This document shows, one piece after another, positions 49,868 through 61,150 of a DNA stretch of 64,000 nt (positions are counted from its first letter, which is position 1; every line of letters begins with the position of its first letter). The notes beneath the pieces are model-generated. The model did no database searches. It saw only the letters and a program-made list of their open reading frames with translations, and had not been told where the DNA came from. The stretch is from Felis catus (lineage: Eukaryota). The DNA is taken from contig NC_058370.1 in NCBI RefSeq assembly GCF_018350175.1, positions 124,124,001 through 124,188,000 on the forward strand, written 5' to 3'. The position numbers were made by a program, and so were the translations under genes.

Positions 49868-51900
49868 GTCTTAGGGTAATTCTATTTTTAATTTTTTGAG
49901 GAACCTCTACAATGTTTTCCTGAGTGGCTGCACCAGTTTGCACTCCTACCAGCAGTGGAAAAGGGTTCTCTTTTCTCCACATCCTCGCCAACATCTGTTG
50001 TTGCCTGCGTTGTTAATTTTAGCCATACTGACAGGTGTGAGGTGGAATCTCTTTGTGGTTTCGATTAGTATTTCCCTGATGATGAGTCATGTTGAGCATC
50101 TTTTCTCATGTCTGTTAGCCATCTGGACGTCTTCTTTGGAAAAGTGTCTGTTCATGTCTTCTGCCCATTTCTTCACTGGATTATTTGTGTTTTGGGTGTT
50201 GAGTTTGATAAGTTCTTTATACATTTTGGATACTAACCCTTTATCTAATATGCCATTTGCAAATATCTTCTTCCATTCTGATAGCTGCCTTTTAGTTTTT
50301 GTTGATTATTTCCTTAGCTGTGCAGAAGCTTTTTACCTTGGTGAGGTCCCAGTAGTTCGTTTTTGCTTTTGTTTCCCTTGTCTCCCGAGACAAGGTCAAA
50401 GAGGTTGCTGCCTATTTTCTCCTATAGGATTTTGATGATTTCCTGTCTCACATTTAAGTCTTTCATCCATTTTGAATTTATTTTTGTGTATGATGAAAGA
50501 AAGTGACCCAGTTTTATTCTTTTGCATGTTGCTGTCCAGTTTTCCCAACACCATTTGCTGAAGAGACTGTCTTTTTTTCCACTGGATATTCTTTCCTGCT
50601 TTTTTGAAGATCAGTTGGTCATACATTTGTGAGTCCATTTCTGGGCTCTCTATTCTGTTCCATTGATCTATATGTCTGTTTTTATGCCAATACCATACTG
50701 TCTTGATGCAGCTTGAAATCTGGAATTGTGATGCCTCCAGATTTGGTTTTCTTTTTCAGGATTTCTTTGGGTATTTGAGGTATTTTCTGGTTCCATACAA
50801 ATTTTAGAATTGTGTGGTCCAGTTCTGTGAAGAATGCTGGTGTTATTTCGATAGGGATTGCATTAAATGTGAGATTGCATTGGGTACTACAGACATTTTA
50901 ACAATATTTGTTCTTCCAATCCATGAGCATGGAATGTTTTTCCATTTCTTTGTGTCTTCTTCAATTTCTTTCATAAACTTTCTATAGTTGTCAGAACTTT
51001 TACCTCTTTGGTTAGGTTTGTTCCCAGGTACTTTGTGATTTTCGGTACAGATGTAAATGGGATCTGTTCCTTGATTTCTCTTTCTGCTGCTGCATTATTG
51101 GTGTATAGAAATACAACCAATTTCTATATACTGATTTTATACCCTGCGACTGCAAATTCATGCATCAGTTCTAACCGTTTTTTGGTGGAGTCTTTCGGTT
51201 TTTACACATAGAGTATCATGTCATTTGCGAAGAGTGAAAGTTTGGCTTCTTCCTTGCCAATTTGTATGTCTTTTATTTCTTTTTGTTGTCTGATTGCTGA
51301 GGCCAGGACTCCCAGTACTATGTTGAACAACAGTGGTGAGAGTGGACCTCCCTGTCATGTTCCTGACCTTAGGGGGAAAGCTCTCAGTTTTTCCCCATTA
51401 AGGATAATAGCTGTGGGTCTCTTGTATATGGCCTTTATGATGTTGAGGTGTGTTCACTCTAACCCTACTTTCTTTTTTTTTAATTAATTTATTTAAATTC
51501 AGGATTTCTATGTTAACTAACATACAGTGTAGTATTGGTTTCAGGATTCATCACTCAAATATAATACCCAGTGCTCATCCCAATAAGTGCCCTCCTTAAT
51601 GCCCATCACCCATTTGGCCCATCCTCCTGCCCACCTCCCCTCCAGCAACCCTCAGTTTGTTCTCTGTATTTAAGAGTCCCTTATGGTTCATCTCCCTGTT
51701 TTTATCTTATCTTTCCTTCCCTTCACCTGTGTTTATCTGTTTTGTTTCTTAAATTCCACATATGATCCCTACTTTCTTGAGGGTTTTTATCAATTAAGGA
51801 TGCTGTATTTCATCAAATTCTTTTTCTGCATCTATTGAGAGGATCTTATGGTTCTTATCCTTTCTTTTATTAATGTATTGTTTCATGTTGATTTATTTGT
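49868..51900 (-). mobile_element. Carnivore LINE-1 internal ORF2 segment lacking both ends
   Basis: Continuous antisense ORF2 sequence; no 3' UTR or tail at left and no TSD found. Confidence 0.92.
51475..51766 (-). mobile_element. Short LINE-1 3' end inserted into the preceding L1
   Basis: Poly-T and 3' UTR; perfect TSD ccctactttctt at 51463-51474 and 51767-51778. Confidence 0.93.
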
Positions 51901-52127
51901 GAATTAAGGCAAACAACAGAAACAAGAAACAAAACAATAGGGCTTCTAAGAATCTTAAGGGCCTTGTCCCATTGACTGCAGTCCCTCAGGGAGGTTAGGT
52001 AGAGGAGGGCGTATCTAGAGATTTGTGAGTGAGACTTTGGTCTAATAGAGAGGCTTATAAATTGATACAAAAGCTCACATTTTTAAAGGAAGCATATCAA
52101 CTTAGACAAAAAAGAGTGATACTCAAT

Positions 52128-52330
52128 GGGGTGCCTGGGTGGCTCAGTCGGTTGAGAGTCCAACTTCAGCTCAGGACATGGTCTCAGGGTTTGTGGTTTT
52201 GAGCCCTATACCGGGCTTGCTGCTGACAGCGCAGAGCCCACTTTGGATCCTCTCTCTGTCCTTCCCCCACTTGCTCTCTCTCACCCTCTCTCTCTCAAAA
52301 AATAAATAACAATATTAAAACAAAACAAAA
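52128..52330 (+). mobile_element. Can-SINE
   Basis: TSD tgatactcaa at 52117-52126 and 52335-52344. Confidence 0.95.
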
Positions 52331-52631
52331 GAAATGATACTCAAGGAATTGTACCTGAGGGATGGTACCCCACAGAGGACCTTCACCTGCACCTGGACCT
52401 GATCTAGATGCTGACTTCAAGCTGATTTTTAAAGGGATGAGAATGGATGGTCTTAGGGATAAGGGATGGATGTACTTCGCACATGTAAGGGGTGGCAACT
52501 CTTATGGCCAGAGGGCAGACTGGGACAGGCAGAGTCTTTTCCAAATATGGAAGCAACAATACTGTCATTCCATTTGCCCTCCTCAGAATGTGACTTTGAC
52601 TCTTCTCTCATCAATAGAGGAGGTCTGTAAG

Positions 52632-52790
52632 AGGGTTTCCAGATGTAATAAGTGAGAAAATACAGGAAACCCAAAAAATTTTTTAGTATACGTATGACCT
52701 GAAAGTTGCATGGGACACACAATACTAAAAAATATTGTTATCTGAAATTCAAATATAACTAAGCATTTTTGTATTTTATCTGGCAACCCT
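52632..52790. mobile_element. MER53-like palindromic hAT MITE
   Basis: Terminal inverted repeats agggtttccagat...atctggcaaccct. Confidence 0.85.
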
Positions 52791-53067
52791 AGAATTTCTC
52801 CCTCTTAAGTCTGGGCAGGCTTGTGATCACGGTTGAGATGATGCTATGTGAGTTCCTGGGCTAGGTCATAAAAGGTGGTACAGCTGCCTGGTTCTTTCTC
52901 CTAGGTTGTTTGCTGGTTGGAACACAGTCACTACGCTGTGAGTCACTAGCCTGTGGTGCACATGGACAGGAATGGGGCTGCTGGCCAATAGCTCTGGCTA
53001 AGCTACCAGACAGCAGCTGGTACCAGCTTGCTAGCCATGTGTGAGAGTGATCTTAAAAGTGAATCTT

Positions 53068-53182
53068 GGGGTGCCCGGCTGGCTGGGTCAGTGGAGCGTG
53101 TGACTCTTGATTTCAGGGTTGTGAGTTCAAGCTCTGTGTGGTGTAGAGATTGCTTAAAAAAAAAAAAAATCTTTTAAAAAAA
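53068..53182 (+). mobile_element. Short Can-SINE (SINEC_c-like, no CT tract)
   Basis: ggggtgcccggctggctgggtcagtggagcgtgtgactcttgat...gtagagattgcttaaaaa. Confidence 0.88.
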
Positions 53183-53252
53183 GAGTCAATCTTTATTCCA
53201 GACCATCGCTGAGCCAGCCTAGCTCTGCCACTAAGTTTTAGGGCTGTTTGTT

Positions 53253-53486
53253 TTTTGTTTTGTTTTGCTTTTAGGTTTCATTTATTTATTTTGAGAGAGA
53301 AATAGAGAGCATAAGTAGAGGAGGGAGGACAGAGAGAGAGGGAGAGAGAGAAAATCCCAAGTGGTTTCCGTGAGCAGTGAGTATGCAGAGCCTGATTCGG
53401 CGATCGAACTCATGAAGCCATGAAATCATGATCTGAGCTGAAATCAAGAGCCAGTTGCTTGATGGACTGAGCCACCCAGGCACCCC
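53253..53486 (-). mobile_element. Can-SINE
   Basis: 20-bp TSD aagttttagggytgtttgtt at 53233-53252 and 53487-53506. Confidence 0.95.
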
Positions 53487-53544
53487 AAGTTTTAGGGTTG
53501 TTTGTTATGTAACAATAAGGTAACTAGAAAAACAGGTCACATGT

Positions 53545-53619
53545 TATATCAATCAGGGTTCTCCAGAAAAATGAAACCCAACAGTGTAAATATATACACA
53601 CAACATATAAAGACAGAGA

Positions 53620-53655
<36 letters not shown>

Positions 53656-54025
53656 CAAAGAGACCAAGAAGGATTAAGAATTCAAGGAATTGGCTTAAAT
53701 GATTATAGAGGCTTGGCAAGTACTAAATTTGCAGGGTAGTCCAGAGGCTGGAGACCCAAAGAAGAGTTGCAGCTGCCATCCAAAGGCAATCTTGTGGTAG
53801 AATTCTCTCTTGCTTGGGGGTAGGAGGAAGCCAGTCTTTATTCTATTAAGGCCTTCATCTGATTAGATGAGGCCCACCTACATTATGGAGGGTAACCCAA
53901 GTCCACCAATTTAAATGTTAATCTCATCCAAATAACATCTTCATAGAAATTATCCAGAATAATGTTTGACCAAATATTTTGGCACCATGGCCCAGCCGAG
54001 TTGACATATAAAATTAACCATCACA
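53545..54025 (-). mobile_element. ERVL solo LTR (MLT2 family) with (GA)n expansion at ~53612-53657
   Basis: 'atcagggttctccaga...gatgaggcccacctacattatggagggtaa...ttgacatataaaattaaccatcaca' is the reverse complement of MLT2. Confidence 0.93.
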
Positions 54026-54894
54026 CACATTAAAGGCTTGTAGCTCATGATTTGTCTAAACCAGCATTTCTCTTCTGGGCCCTAGAGAGGTCTTGACACT
54101 TTTGTATATATGACTTTATAGGAAATGACAGAAGTACACGTTCTCTGCTGCCAAAATTTACCATGATTGGCATTGAAATTGTAACTCTGGGGTGTAACAT
54201 TCATTAGATGACAGAACAGGTTTGAAAAAATCCTTTTAACACCATATAGAAAATGACCCACGTGGCAGGATCTTTATCAGAACCCCATAAACTGTGAGAG
54301 GAGGGCAAGTTATAGCCTTGATAAAAGGCATATGTGTTTCCAGGCTTTGACACTAATGACTGGAGTCCAGAGATGAAAATGGATGGGAGGGTTAATTAGT
54401 ACTTCCACCTCCCTCAGTACTTCCACTTACCCCTGACCTGTGGGAATGGGGAGGTGAGAACATGCAGCACTGCTCCAGCAGTGTTTCTGCAACTTACCCA
54501 ACAAGGGGTGGACATGACAAGAGCATCTCTGCCCATCTCGCAAGAGTCACATGGTGGGTGGAAGAGTGTATTGCTGCTTCAAGGAGGCCTTTCTATTGGT
54601 CTCTTACCTCTCCACTTTCGTACCTTATTCTGGCCACATTCCTTATCTTGCTTAGCCAAATCAACTTCCTCTTTGACAGAAAAAAAAGGGGGGGGGGACT
54701 CTTTGTGCTGTATACCAGAAAATATTTAAAAGCCTAAACCCAAGGTCACAAAACTTTTGCTTTCACTCAGCACAAGACTTATGGACAAGGACACTGCCTT
54801 CCTTCAGAGGGATTGTGAATGCCCTAGAACATCAAGTAAGAGGTATTTCCACACAGTGTGATCTGATAGAGTCCAATCAAAAGCTCTGGAAAGA

Positions 54895-55116
54895 GGGGCA
54901 CCTGGGTGGCTCAGTCGGTTAAGTGTCTGACTTCGGCTCAGGTCAAGATCTCAAGGTCCGTGAGTTTGAGCCCCATGTCGGGCTCTGTGCTGTCAGTTCA
55001 GAGCCTGGAGCCTGCATCGGATTCTATGTCTCCCTCTCTCTTTGCCCCTCCCCGACTCGTGCTCTGTCTCTCTCTGTCTCTCAAAAAATGAATAAACGTT
55101 AAAAAATTTGTTTCTT
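54895..55116 (+). mobile_element. Can-SINE
   Basis: Perfect TSD aaaagctctggaaaga at 54879-54894 and 55117-55132. Confidence 0.97.
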
Positions 55117-56299
55117 AAAAGCTCTGGAAAGAAAGTCACAACTACCTCTGGGGCCACTGGTAGCATGTTGACTAATGCAAGGGAAAATCTCTTTAAGAAG
55201 TTGGCTCCAAGAGCAAGTGTCATGTCTCCTCAACTCAAGGGATACTCAAAAGGAGACTAGACATCCTGTGAGTACCAACTTAACTCCTTTATGGCTCATG
55301 GATAGTGAATACCTTGGCTGTTTGCTCAACTGAACATTGAATGTTCTCCAGATGCCATCTTTCTTCTTCTCCCATTGTCCATTCCATTTTCCCCAAGCTC
55401 TTCCCTAATTAATCGTATCTTCTCCCTTTCTCTCTCAACCCTCCTAGCTTAAGAAATGTCTCCAAGTTTTCTCTTATCATATAGGCTTCCAGTCTACAGT
55501 CCAGGTCCTAGAGGGGAATTCCTCCCCTTTCACTGAGACTTAAGAGTTTTGAAACACAAAAGCAAGGATTGCCTTCTTTCTGCTTTCTGCCATGCTTTCC
55601 TACCCTACTGTAGGGAATGTGGAATGTCCACTTGACTGGGTGGGAGAAGGGCCAGAAGAATACCAGGAACAAAACTGGATTCATTATTATTTCAATAGCA
55701 TGATACCACAGCATGCTGGTTTTGAAAGCAGGCCATAAGTATGAGACACCAATGACTCAGTCAAGGCGAGTGGCAACTCAGCACATTCCATTGGCAGCTA
55801 CACCTGGGCCCAGTGTTTCTCCTTCAAAATGCTGTTTATTCATTCATTCATTCATTCACCCACTCAATGATGTTAACATTTTCAAATTTATTTTGTTAGC
55901 TATTTTTTCTGAGAAAAGGGAGTGTGATGCATAAAATATCTAATAAAATAAGTAAAGAAAAATCACTTTGGAAATAAACCTAATTTTCAGAGTCAACATA
56001 GGTCAGAAATGATATTGAATGAGTGAGCATCCAAGTTCAAATTATCATGTTGAACTGAGCAAATACTTGTGAAGAACAAAGGAAAATATCAGAACTGACT
56101 GAGGAGCACCAGGCCTTTCAGTGCAGTCAGTGCTGATAGAAACAAACATCATCCATATGCAGGTAGGATTACATATGGAAAATCCATAAGCCTCTGAACT
56201 GAGCACCTACTGTAGTTAAGGTATTTTCCCATTAAAGCTTTAGTTACAAGTATAGTGAGACATCAAGGGAAGATTACAGTGAAAATAAAAGCTACTTAC

Positions 56300-56374
56300 C
56301 TTCAGGAGAAACTTCTTGATCGATGGAGTTAGGGAGTGGGAAGGACTTGTCTTTTGGAATCTCATTCACAGGAA
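56300..56374 (-). other. Candidate 75-nt symmetric (phase 1-1) internal exon of an unidentified gene
   Basis: Minus strand: ttcttcatctgtttgttcaag|exon|gtaagt. Open frame xPVNEIPKDKSFPLPNSIDQEVSPE. No homologue recognised. Confidence 0.25.
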
Positions 56375-56476
56375 CTTGAACAAACAGATGAAGAAGTTAC
56401 TAAAATTGCCATTCTCCCAACATTTACTATTTGTGCTATGGCTCATGAATGCCCTTGCAAATTAGATTTTTTTTTA

Positions 56477-56686
56477 GGGGTGCCTAGGTGGCTTAGTCAA
56501 GTTAAGCATTCAACTCTTGGTTTCAGCTCAGGTCATGATCTCATGATTCATGGGTTTGAGCCCCATGTTGGTGGCAGTGCAAAGCCTGCTTGGGATTCTC
56601 TCTCTCTCTTTCTCTCTGCCCCTCCCCTGCTCATTCTCTCTGCTCCCCACCCCCACCCCCGCCTCTGAAAATAAAATAAACTTAAC
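56477..56686 (+). mobile_element. Can-SINE
   Basis: Head ggggtgcctaggtggcttagtc, CT tract, aaataaaataaac tail. Confidence 0.93.
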
Positions 56687-56809
56687 TTTTTTTTTTTTAC
56701 TTTTTAAAAAACACCTGTGGCTTTCTTCTCCATAAAAACACACAAACACACAATTTTTAAATTTTATTTTCTTTCACTAAAAATTGGTTTGTTCAGTGAC
56801 CTGATATTA

Positions 56810-56930
56810 ATATTGCATAGTGGGAAGAACATTGAATTGGCTCTGTCACTAACACAGGCAAGTTCATGTAACCTCTATTGATCTCAGTTCCTCATCTGTA
56901 AAATGAGAAGGTTGGACTAAACGACCTCCA
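56810..56930 (+). mobile_element. MIR
   Basis: 'ggcaagttcatgtaacctctattgatctcagttcctcatctgtaaaatgag' is the MIR core. Confidence 0.8.
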
Positions 56931-57583
56931 TATGCCCTTCTATTATGATGTGTCCCTAACTGAAGGGAAGTTCAGTATTCCTTAATGGAGGGTCTTGCAT
57001 TAGAAGCAGTACTCTTGGTGAAAGGCGTGGCTGGCCCCTTGATTCACTTTCCTCACTCTTTCCTCCTGAGTTCTCCCTTAATTCTTGTGGACCCTGGATG
57101 ATTCTTACAGCTACCATCATACTGACTTCAGAAGGACTCTACATGGATACAGGCCCTTGCCTTGGCACCTCTGAATACTACTTAGATAGGGAAGAAACAT
57201 TTAAAGTGGAAATACACAGAAAGAGCAGCATGCATCTAGAGTGAATCAACTTACAAGCTATGGCTTACTCACTTTTACTCTGTGATGCACAAGGGTCCCA
57301 CTCAGTCTGGGTCCCCATATGCCTTCTCACCTAAAAGTATCCTTATGGAAACATAAACTCCTCATAGCTCAGGCTCAGAGAGGATGAGAAAGGCCCAGTT
57401 ATTTATCAACTGAGTTCCCCCTTACAATTGTTCTGGTTTTATCTGAAGACTTTGCCTGGTCTCTAGATGATAGACACCAAGATGACCTTCTGGGAAGTCT
57501 CCACTCTTACCAGTACCACCAATTCAAGGATCATGCCCTGACAGAACTCAGCATGATAGTCTTGTTATTTTAGAACACAACAT

Positions 57584-57796
57584 GGGGCGACTGAGTGGCT
57601 CAGTTGGTTGGGCGTCCGACTTCAGCTCAGGTCATGATCTCATGGTTTACAGGTTCGAGCCCTGGGTAGGGCTCTGTGCTGACAGCTCAGAGCCGGGAGC
57701 CTGCTTCAGATTCTGTGTCTCCCTCTCTCTCTGCCTCTCCCCCCTCGTGCTCTGCCTCTCTCTCCTTCAAAAATAAATGAACATAAAAAAAAAAAA
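57584..57796 (+). mobile_element. Can-SINE
   Basis: TSD agaacacaa at 57572-57580 and 57797-57805. Confidence 0.96.
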
Positions 57797-57904
57797 AGAA
57801 CACAATACAGTAACCCCAGCTCTCCTCCTGTGAAATAACAGAGTAGGGGAGATATATGTGATAAAACACCAATGTTATAACTTTGCTAGTTCTCATTTTG
57901 CAGA

Positions 57905-58390
57905 TGCATTAGTCAAGAGTTGGTGAATGTAAGAGAAAACCCAACTAAAGACTGCATTCCACAAGCATATTTCAAAAGCACGAAGTAGATAAATAAACTT
58001 TCATCTCTCAGGTAAAAGAAGTTCAGAGGTACATAGTCCAAGGCTGTTAAGACAGCCTTACAGTGCCAGTCTCAGATTTTTCCATCTTTCTGCCCCACCA
58101 TCTCTAATACATAGTATTCATTCTCATGAGAGCCTTATGGTCCAAGATAGGTGCTGGAGCTCCAGCCAATACACCCATATTGCAAGCAGTATGGAAATAT
58201 AAAAGGTCAGTGCCAGATAACTGTCTGCCTTTTGAGATTTCTTAGAAGTTTCACCCACCATATATTTGTAGTTTATTGGCCAGAGATTGGTCACTTGGCC
58301 ACAATACATTTGGAAACTCGGCACCTGACACCCCAAATAAAATTAGAAATCCTTTATGAGGGAAGGAGAGAAGAATAGATATTGGATTGA
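57905..58390 (-). mobile_element. Old MaLR LTR (MLT1J/K-like)
   Basis: 'gcattagtc...acccaactaaa...tggtccaagataggtgctggagctccagcc...attggccagagattggtcacttggccac'. Confidence 0.75.
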
Positions 58391-58399
58391 CAGTAAATC

Positions 58400-58800
58400 A
58401 GCCATCTCTGCTTCAGTTGGTGTGTAACAAAGTATAGTGGGAAATCTGGAGGATGCTCCAGGCAGGTAGAAAAGGCTTCCCTGAAAAGGTTTAGCATTTG
58501 AACTAAAACAAAAGAATTCATTAGCCTCCCCAGTTGGTGAAGGCCATCTAAGACTAAACAAATAGATGTGTAAATACAAAGGGATCAAAATACAGCTTGT
58601 AGAAAAGCTCTAGATTTTTAAAACTCCTACAGCAAGGGAGAAAAGACCAGAATGGAAGATTAGAGCCAGAAAATGAAGACCTTGTAAGCTGAATAGAGGA
58701 CTGTGGGTTTCATCCTGTAGGTAAGAGAGAGCCAATAGGCAATTTTAAGCATGGGAGTGACATAGTCTGATTTGCACAACTGTAAGATTATTCAGCGCTT
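58400..58800 (-). mobile_element. L2 fragment
   Basis: 'gaagaccttgtaagc...ggactgtgggtttcatcctgtagg...aattttaagcatgggagtgacatagtctgattt'. Confidence 0.75.
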
Positions 58801-58985
58801 ACACTAGGATATGTCCACAGGTGAGTGGTACAGGGGAATTCTCTCTTATAAATGGCTCACCTCAATAGAGAGTCACTAACAGATGCGATAAGGACATCTT
58901 TGGTAATGGGGGGGGGGGGGTGAGAAAGGAGGAGCAAGGCAAACAACTGGGCTAAAAACACTTTCCAAAATTTCCTTGCAAAGAC

Positions 58986-59031
58986 AACACACACACACAC
59001 ACACACACACATACACACACTGACACACTGC
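58986..59031. repeat. (CA)n microsatellite, interrupted
   Basis: Directly visible. Confidence 0.95.
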
Positions 59032-59469
59032 ACACGAAACCCAGTATAAACACACTCCAAATCTGCGGAAGTTGTCAGGGAATCTTGGGACTCAGATAAA
59101 CATAAAGGAGGGAAAAAAATAAGAGATGGATAAAAAAGTCACAGATCTAATTCTGATCTATTCTTTTGTTCTGTCATTTACAGATCAGTCCCCCCACCAC
59201 CACTTAAATTCTCTCTCACTCTTAACATAATGGAGAGCCAATTTTTTAATCAAAAGCCATTTTTAGGATCAAAGAGAAACATATTTCTAGGCGGATAGTA
59301 TGTTAGTTATATCTTGTAATATCATATGGTGAGGGGTATTCAACTAAAATTAGAGATGATATTTACTGAAATTCTCAAAAAATCAAATGCCTCCAAATCC
59401 AGGGGAGGCAAATTGAATCTTTTTTCTTTCAGGATATTTTTCTCAAGTACTAGCGGAAGTGCTAATGAG

Positions 59470-59673
59470 NNNNNNNNNNNNNNNNNNNNNNNNNNNNNNN
59501 NNNNNNNNNNNNNNNNNNNNNNNNNNNNNNNNNNNNNNNNNNNNNNNNNNNNNNNNNNNNNNNNNNNNNNNNNNNNNNNNNNNNNNNNNNNNNNNNNNNN
59601 NNNNNNNNNNNNNNNNNNNNNNNNNNNNNNNNNNNNNNNNNNNNNNNNNNNNNNNNNNNNNNNNNNNNNNNNN
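59470..59673. other. N-run (204 nt) in non-repeat flanks
   Basis: Directly visible. Confidence 0.99.
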
Positions 59674-59864
59674 GATAACAATGTGTAGAATTATTACATG
59701 GAAAGTACTAATAATGCAAATCATATGGTCTGTAGATGCAGTTGCCCGCGGATTATTTTTTTCCTAGGCATATTTGATTACTCAGAGATTAGCATACTAA
59801 AACTCAGATTTGTACTAACATATCGAGAATTGGGGTTTATAAGAACAAAATTAGACATTTAAAA

Positions 59865-59899
59865 ATCGCTTCTTAGCCTTTTAGCTAAGATCAAGTGTA
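59865..59899 (+). pseudogene. RNU2: 3'-truncated U2 snRNA retropseudogene (U2 nt 1-35)
   Basis: ATCGCTTCTTAGCCTTTTAGCTAAGATCAAGTGTA matches U2 ATCGCTTCTCGGCCTTTTGGCTAAGATCAAGTGTA at 32/35. Flanked by direct repeats aaattagacatttaa (59848-59862) and aaattagatatttaa (59900-59914). Confidence 0.93.
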
Positions 59900-60391
59900 A
59901 AATTAGATATTTAACCAAATTTTCTTATGCCAGCTTTGCCATGTACAATAATGACAATACAGAGAAGGAGGTATTGAACCAAAATTAATATTTTCAAATA
60001 TTTTTTTGATCTTATGTTTTTGCTTAGATCTACTACAACAGTGTTCTGTAACCCATAATATTAAAATAATTGTAAAATTATAAGTACTTGCTAAATAAAA
60101 GTCCAGCTCTTAATCTGTGGTTTCAAAATAAGATGCATATTTTAGAGTCTTTAAATATTACCTGACTTCTTGACTATGGCCTCAAGAAAAAATTAGAATA
60201 TTTTCTTTTTCCTATTTAGAGGAATTTTTTTAAACTATCTTCGTATATCATGCTGATAGTTACAGGAGACACTTTTATTCTGGAAGAGACAACATTTATA
60301 AAAATATGTTACTAAGATTATGGGTCATTTCCACTGGTTTTAAGGAATAATGAAGTCAGAATTTTTAAATTGCAAACAAGTAGAGCCAGTG

Positions 60392-60399
60392 TTTTCTTT

Positions 60400-60451
<52 letters not shown>

Positions 60452-60456
60452 TTTTC
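60392..60456. repeat. (CTTT)n tetranucleotide microsatellite, about 12 perfect units
   Basis: Directly visible at 60401-60450. Confidence 0.97.
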
Positions 60457-60819
60457 ATATATTAGCTTTCTAGAACCATGTCCCAAAGGTGATGGGTATA
60501 GAGCAAGGAATTTTCTCAAAGAAAAAAAGTTGTAACAGAGGAACTTTTCTGACCCAAGACTTAGCATCAGACAAATCATGGCTATGACTACAGATGTGTC
60601 ATAAAAGCAAAGACACAACTATAAATGTTTGTAATAATTTAATTAGCAAGAATTGCATCTGAAGTCCCATAAAATTTACTTATACCTTATTTTTCAAAAG
60701 ATGTTCCTACATTATATCTAGGTATACATGATATATAGTATATAGTATATAAAGGTACATATGAAGGAATATAGAATATACACCTATATGCGTTTGTATA
60801 TATATTCAGTACATGCTAT

Positions 60820-61150
60820 AGCAGATGGTTTTGCTAGCTTATTCTACAATAACAAATAACCCAAAAATCTCCACAGTTTACAACAACAAAGATTTATTTC
60901 TTGCTCCCATTACATGTCTTTAACTGATTGGTTGCACCTCTATTCTGTATCTTCTTCATTCTGGGACCCTACTCAAATGAACAGTCCCAATATGGGACAT
61001 ACTGATCTTGGGGTAGAGAGGAAAGACAAATGGGAGAATCCTTCAATGAACCATCTGTTAACATTTCATTGTCCAAAACAAGCCATATAGCCAAGCTTGA
61101 TACCAATGGGTCACCAAAACCAAGTCTTTCGGTGGAAGGGCAGGAAATTA
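60820..61150 (-). mobile_element. Old MaLR LTR (MLT1K/L-like)
   Basis: 'taacaaataacccaaaaatctc...caacaaagatttatttcttgctc...tttcattgtccaaaacaagccatatagccaagc'. Confidence 0.7.

Larger units (their letters stand above)
52400..53535 (+). mobile_element. MaLR remnant: end of internal region with PPT, plus MLT1E/F-like LTR (52521-53535) carrying three insertions
   Basis: 'ggccagagggcagac|tgggacaggcagagtcttttccaaatatgg', 'gggctaggtcataaaagg', ending 'ttgttatgtaacaataaggtaactagaaaaaca'. Confidence 0.78.

Noticed and set aside
52362-52655. 97-aa ORF with protein-like appearance
   Set aside because: Overlaps the MaLR internal end, LTR and MER53; repeat-derived.
59714-59721. Octamer ATGCAAAT ~145 bp upstream of the U2 fragment as an snRNA distal element
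   Set aside because: The U2 piece is a TSD-flanked 35-nt retrocopy with no recognisable PSE; spacing is not that of a U2 gene.
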